A stretch of DNA of 64,000 nucleotides, taken from NCBI GenBank assembly GCA_013239625.1, contig MU053487.1, positions 577,058 to 641,057 on the forward strand, read 5' to 3'. Positions 61,726-64,000 of the stretch are shown here, one piece after another. The stretch comes from Lama guanicoe (lineage: Eukaryota). Below the pieces are notes generated by a model, which saw nothing but the letters and a program-made list of their open reading frames with translations, made no database searches and was not told the origin of the DNA. The first letter of the stretch is position 1; each line of letters opens with the position of its first letter. The position numbers and the translations under genes were made by a program.

Positions 61726-63119
61726 TCCAGGGGACTTCAGAGTGCGAGTGTGGGGCTGGTCAGGGCTGGGCTGATGATCACATATTCAGTACAGTTACCA
61801 ACTTACCTGATGAGCATCGGTACCTCTGAAGGAACTGCATTTCCTTTTCTCCCACCTCCCAGTGGAAGGTGGTGATGATTAGGTGAGAGATGAGTCATAC
61901 CTGGGGACGCTCCGTTGCCTCTGCGGTTGCTGGGGCCCTGAGGTGGGAAGAAAAGCAGTTTAACAGAAGACCGGGTTCTCTCCGTTTCCTGGCAAAAACA
62001 TCCGTCTTCTTGTTGTTCTAGTTAATTATGGATTTTCGTGAGCTCACTCCGCTAATCAAGTTTAATGACACCAGACCTAAATCACATTACTGTTATTTTT
62101 CAAGGCGCTGTTGGAGTCATGCCGAGTTACCCTGCCAGCAGCCTGGAGACAACCGTAGTCACTCAAACCCCAGAGCAGAGATGCTTTTATTAGCCGTGCA
62201 CCCAGCCCTTTCATAACTTGTCACCCCTGAGATGATGAAGACGAAATAAAAGCAACAGAAAAAGGAAATTTTCCATAAAGAACACTTTAGGAACTTTATT
62301 GCAAGGCAGAAACTTTATTGTGAGATGAGCAATGAAACGTCTGTCCTATATTTAGGACCATTTTCAATAGAATGTTGGGTTTGGAGGGACATGGAAAAAG
62401 ATGGGTCTGAGGCTGACATTGCTCCTTTATTTCTGTGCCTCCCATGTCCACTGGGGGTAGGGATTTCCCAACAGGCCGATTGTGATCTGCCTTTGATTTG
62501 GACGCTATTGTGGCTCTGTCTCTGCCCTCTTTTCTTGTCCTCAGAAATTCCTGGTAGAGAATGAACACTGGTAGTCTTGCCACTGCCTCCTGACCCTACA
62601 CCCACCTGACGTCAGATGAATAGAAGATATTGTGTATTCAGCCAAAAGTTGGGTTCTTTTGCCTGAGGACTTCTCATTGCCCGCCGAAAAATTCATATTT
62701 GTCATTTAGCATTTCATTTGGTCTGGATTACCGACCAATAGGTTTCCTTTTTGGGGGGAGGGGGTAAGGGGAAGGGAGCATTTAAAAAAGTAATGCTCAG
62801 AATTCTCTGGATTCAGCAGGTAGCATGTCCTCTGTTAGCTCTTTGCAGTACTTTTGACGTGTCAAATGGAGTCTTCACTTTTCATAATGCAATCACTTTT
62901 CTGAATGCAGTCTGTAATTCATTTCCAGGCCCCTAAGAGTTGCTTCTTAGACTCTTGTACCTAATAAACTAAAGAGAAATTATTCTTTTCTTCTACAAGG
63001 GACAGACTTGTACTTGTTGGTATTCAATGTCAAATAGATTTCCATTAAATTCCTAAAGATCACTCTGGAAAGGTCTGGGTTATTTGGGGATACGTGTGAG
63101 CTTTGGGCTTGAAGGCTTG

Positions 63120-63345
63120 AGTTTTGGAGTCAGACTGACCTGGACTTGAATCATAGATCCCTCGCTTACTAGCCGTGTGACACTGGGCAAGTTATTTTGC
63201 TTCTTAAAGCTTTAGTTTCCTTATCTGTAAGTGTGATGTAATGGTAACAGTCAGATCATAAAGTTTCTGTAAGGATAGGATGAGGTTGTGCCTGAAATAT
63301 ACAAAGCAGGGTGCCCAGACACAGTAAGTACTCATTTGACAGAGG
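63120..63345 (+). mobile_element. MIR SINE
   Basis: tttggagtcagactgacctggacttgaatc...cttactagccgtgtgacactgggcaagtta...agtttccttatctgtaa...cacagtaagtactca. Confidence 0.85.
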
Positions 63346-64000
63346 AAGGTGATACAGTTATTTCCCAGCTGGGATGAGTCTGGTAACATTTGCCTAATTT
63401 AGTAAACTAAGCTGCCCTCCTCAATTGGTCCCTCACGGTAACAATCATGATCACTCCTTCAAAGCATAATTCTCAGGTCCCCATGAGAATTTTTAAAGAT
63501 ATTTCATGGCCAGAAGACCTTCCACAGTAATTTCATTGCTCATTGACTAGGGAGGCAGAGGAGGATTATAAATAACATGCACTAAAGACAGCGAGTGTAT
63601 GTTCCAGAGGTGAGAAGAACCAGTCCTAGGGGAAGTCGTCTGAACTTTACTGCAAAAAAGATAAAAGAGTTAATTGGAAGGGTGGGAATCATTATGGAGC
63701 TTAAAAAAGACCACAGTCCCTGCAGAACTATTGGAACTAATTACGGAAAAGCTGGATTCCTGGTTGTATTTGCACAAAGATGGTGAGTAGGGTCAAGAAA
63801 GAAGCAAAAGTATTTCTTTTTAATGAGGAATCAAGGCTCCCAATTTTCTTGGGAAAAAAACAAAATAAAACTGAACAGAAATAAATAGGATTCTCTTGGG
63901 CAGGGTGATTTGACAATGGCGACTCAAGGACCATTAGATTAGGGGACTATAGATTTGAGAAGACAGAACAATGATCTTTAGCAAAAATCCTTGGACCACC

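Noticed and set aside
239..63934. The 60-205 aa ORFs in the supplied track
   Set aside because: None resembles a cellular protein I recognise. They overlap in all frames, often lie in repeats or microsatellites, and form no consistent exon chain.
1..64000. CRISPR arrays, operons or other prokaryote-type systems
   Set aside because: The sequence is mammalian intergenic DNA; no regularly spaced repeat-spacer pattern or dense coding region was seen.

Overview
Mammalian nuclear DNA, most likely a camelid (two tRNA-Ala-derived vic-1-type SINEs, cetartiodactyl-type L1 3' ends, and no Alu, Bov-A/Bov-tA or PRE-1 seen). The first ~1.9 kb looks like the AU-rich end of a + strand 3' UTR, with AATAAA at 1890-1895. 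From memory it resembles the CYLD mRNA 3' end, which would place the rest in the gene desert towards SALL1; this is unverified. The remaining ~62 kb is intergenic: many L1, L2, MIR, MaLR/ERVL LTR and hAT-Charlie remnants, microsatellites, and several repeat-free blocks rich in homeobox motifs that look like enhancers. I found no intact protein-coding gene; the ORF track is chance ORFs or decayed L1. I found no convincing new multi-gene system. The most unusual items are a short L1 (5' UTR plus ORF1 start) that appears to have been retroposed from a prematurely polyadenylated transcript, a locally templated MIR-to-MER20 insertion, an orphan L1 ORF1 patch between 8-bp direct repeats, and an in-place inversion inside an old L1. 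Repeat names and most boundaries come from recalled consensus sequences and are approximate.
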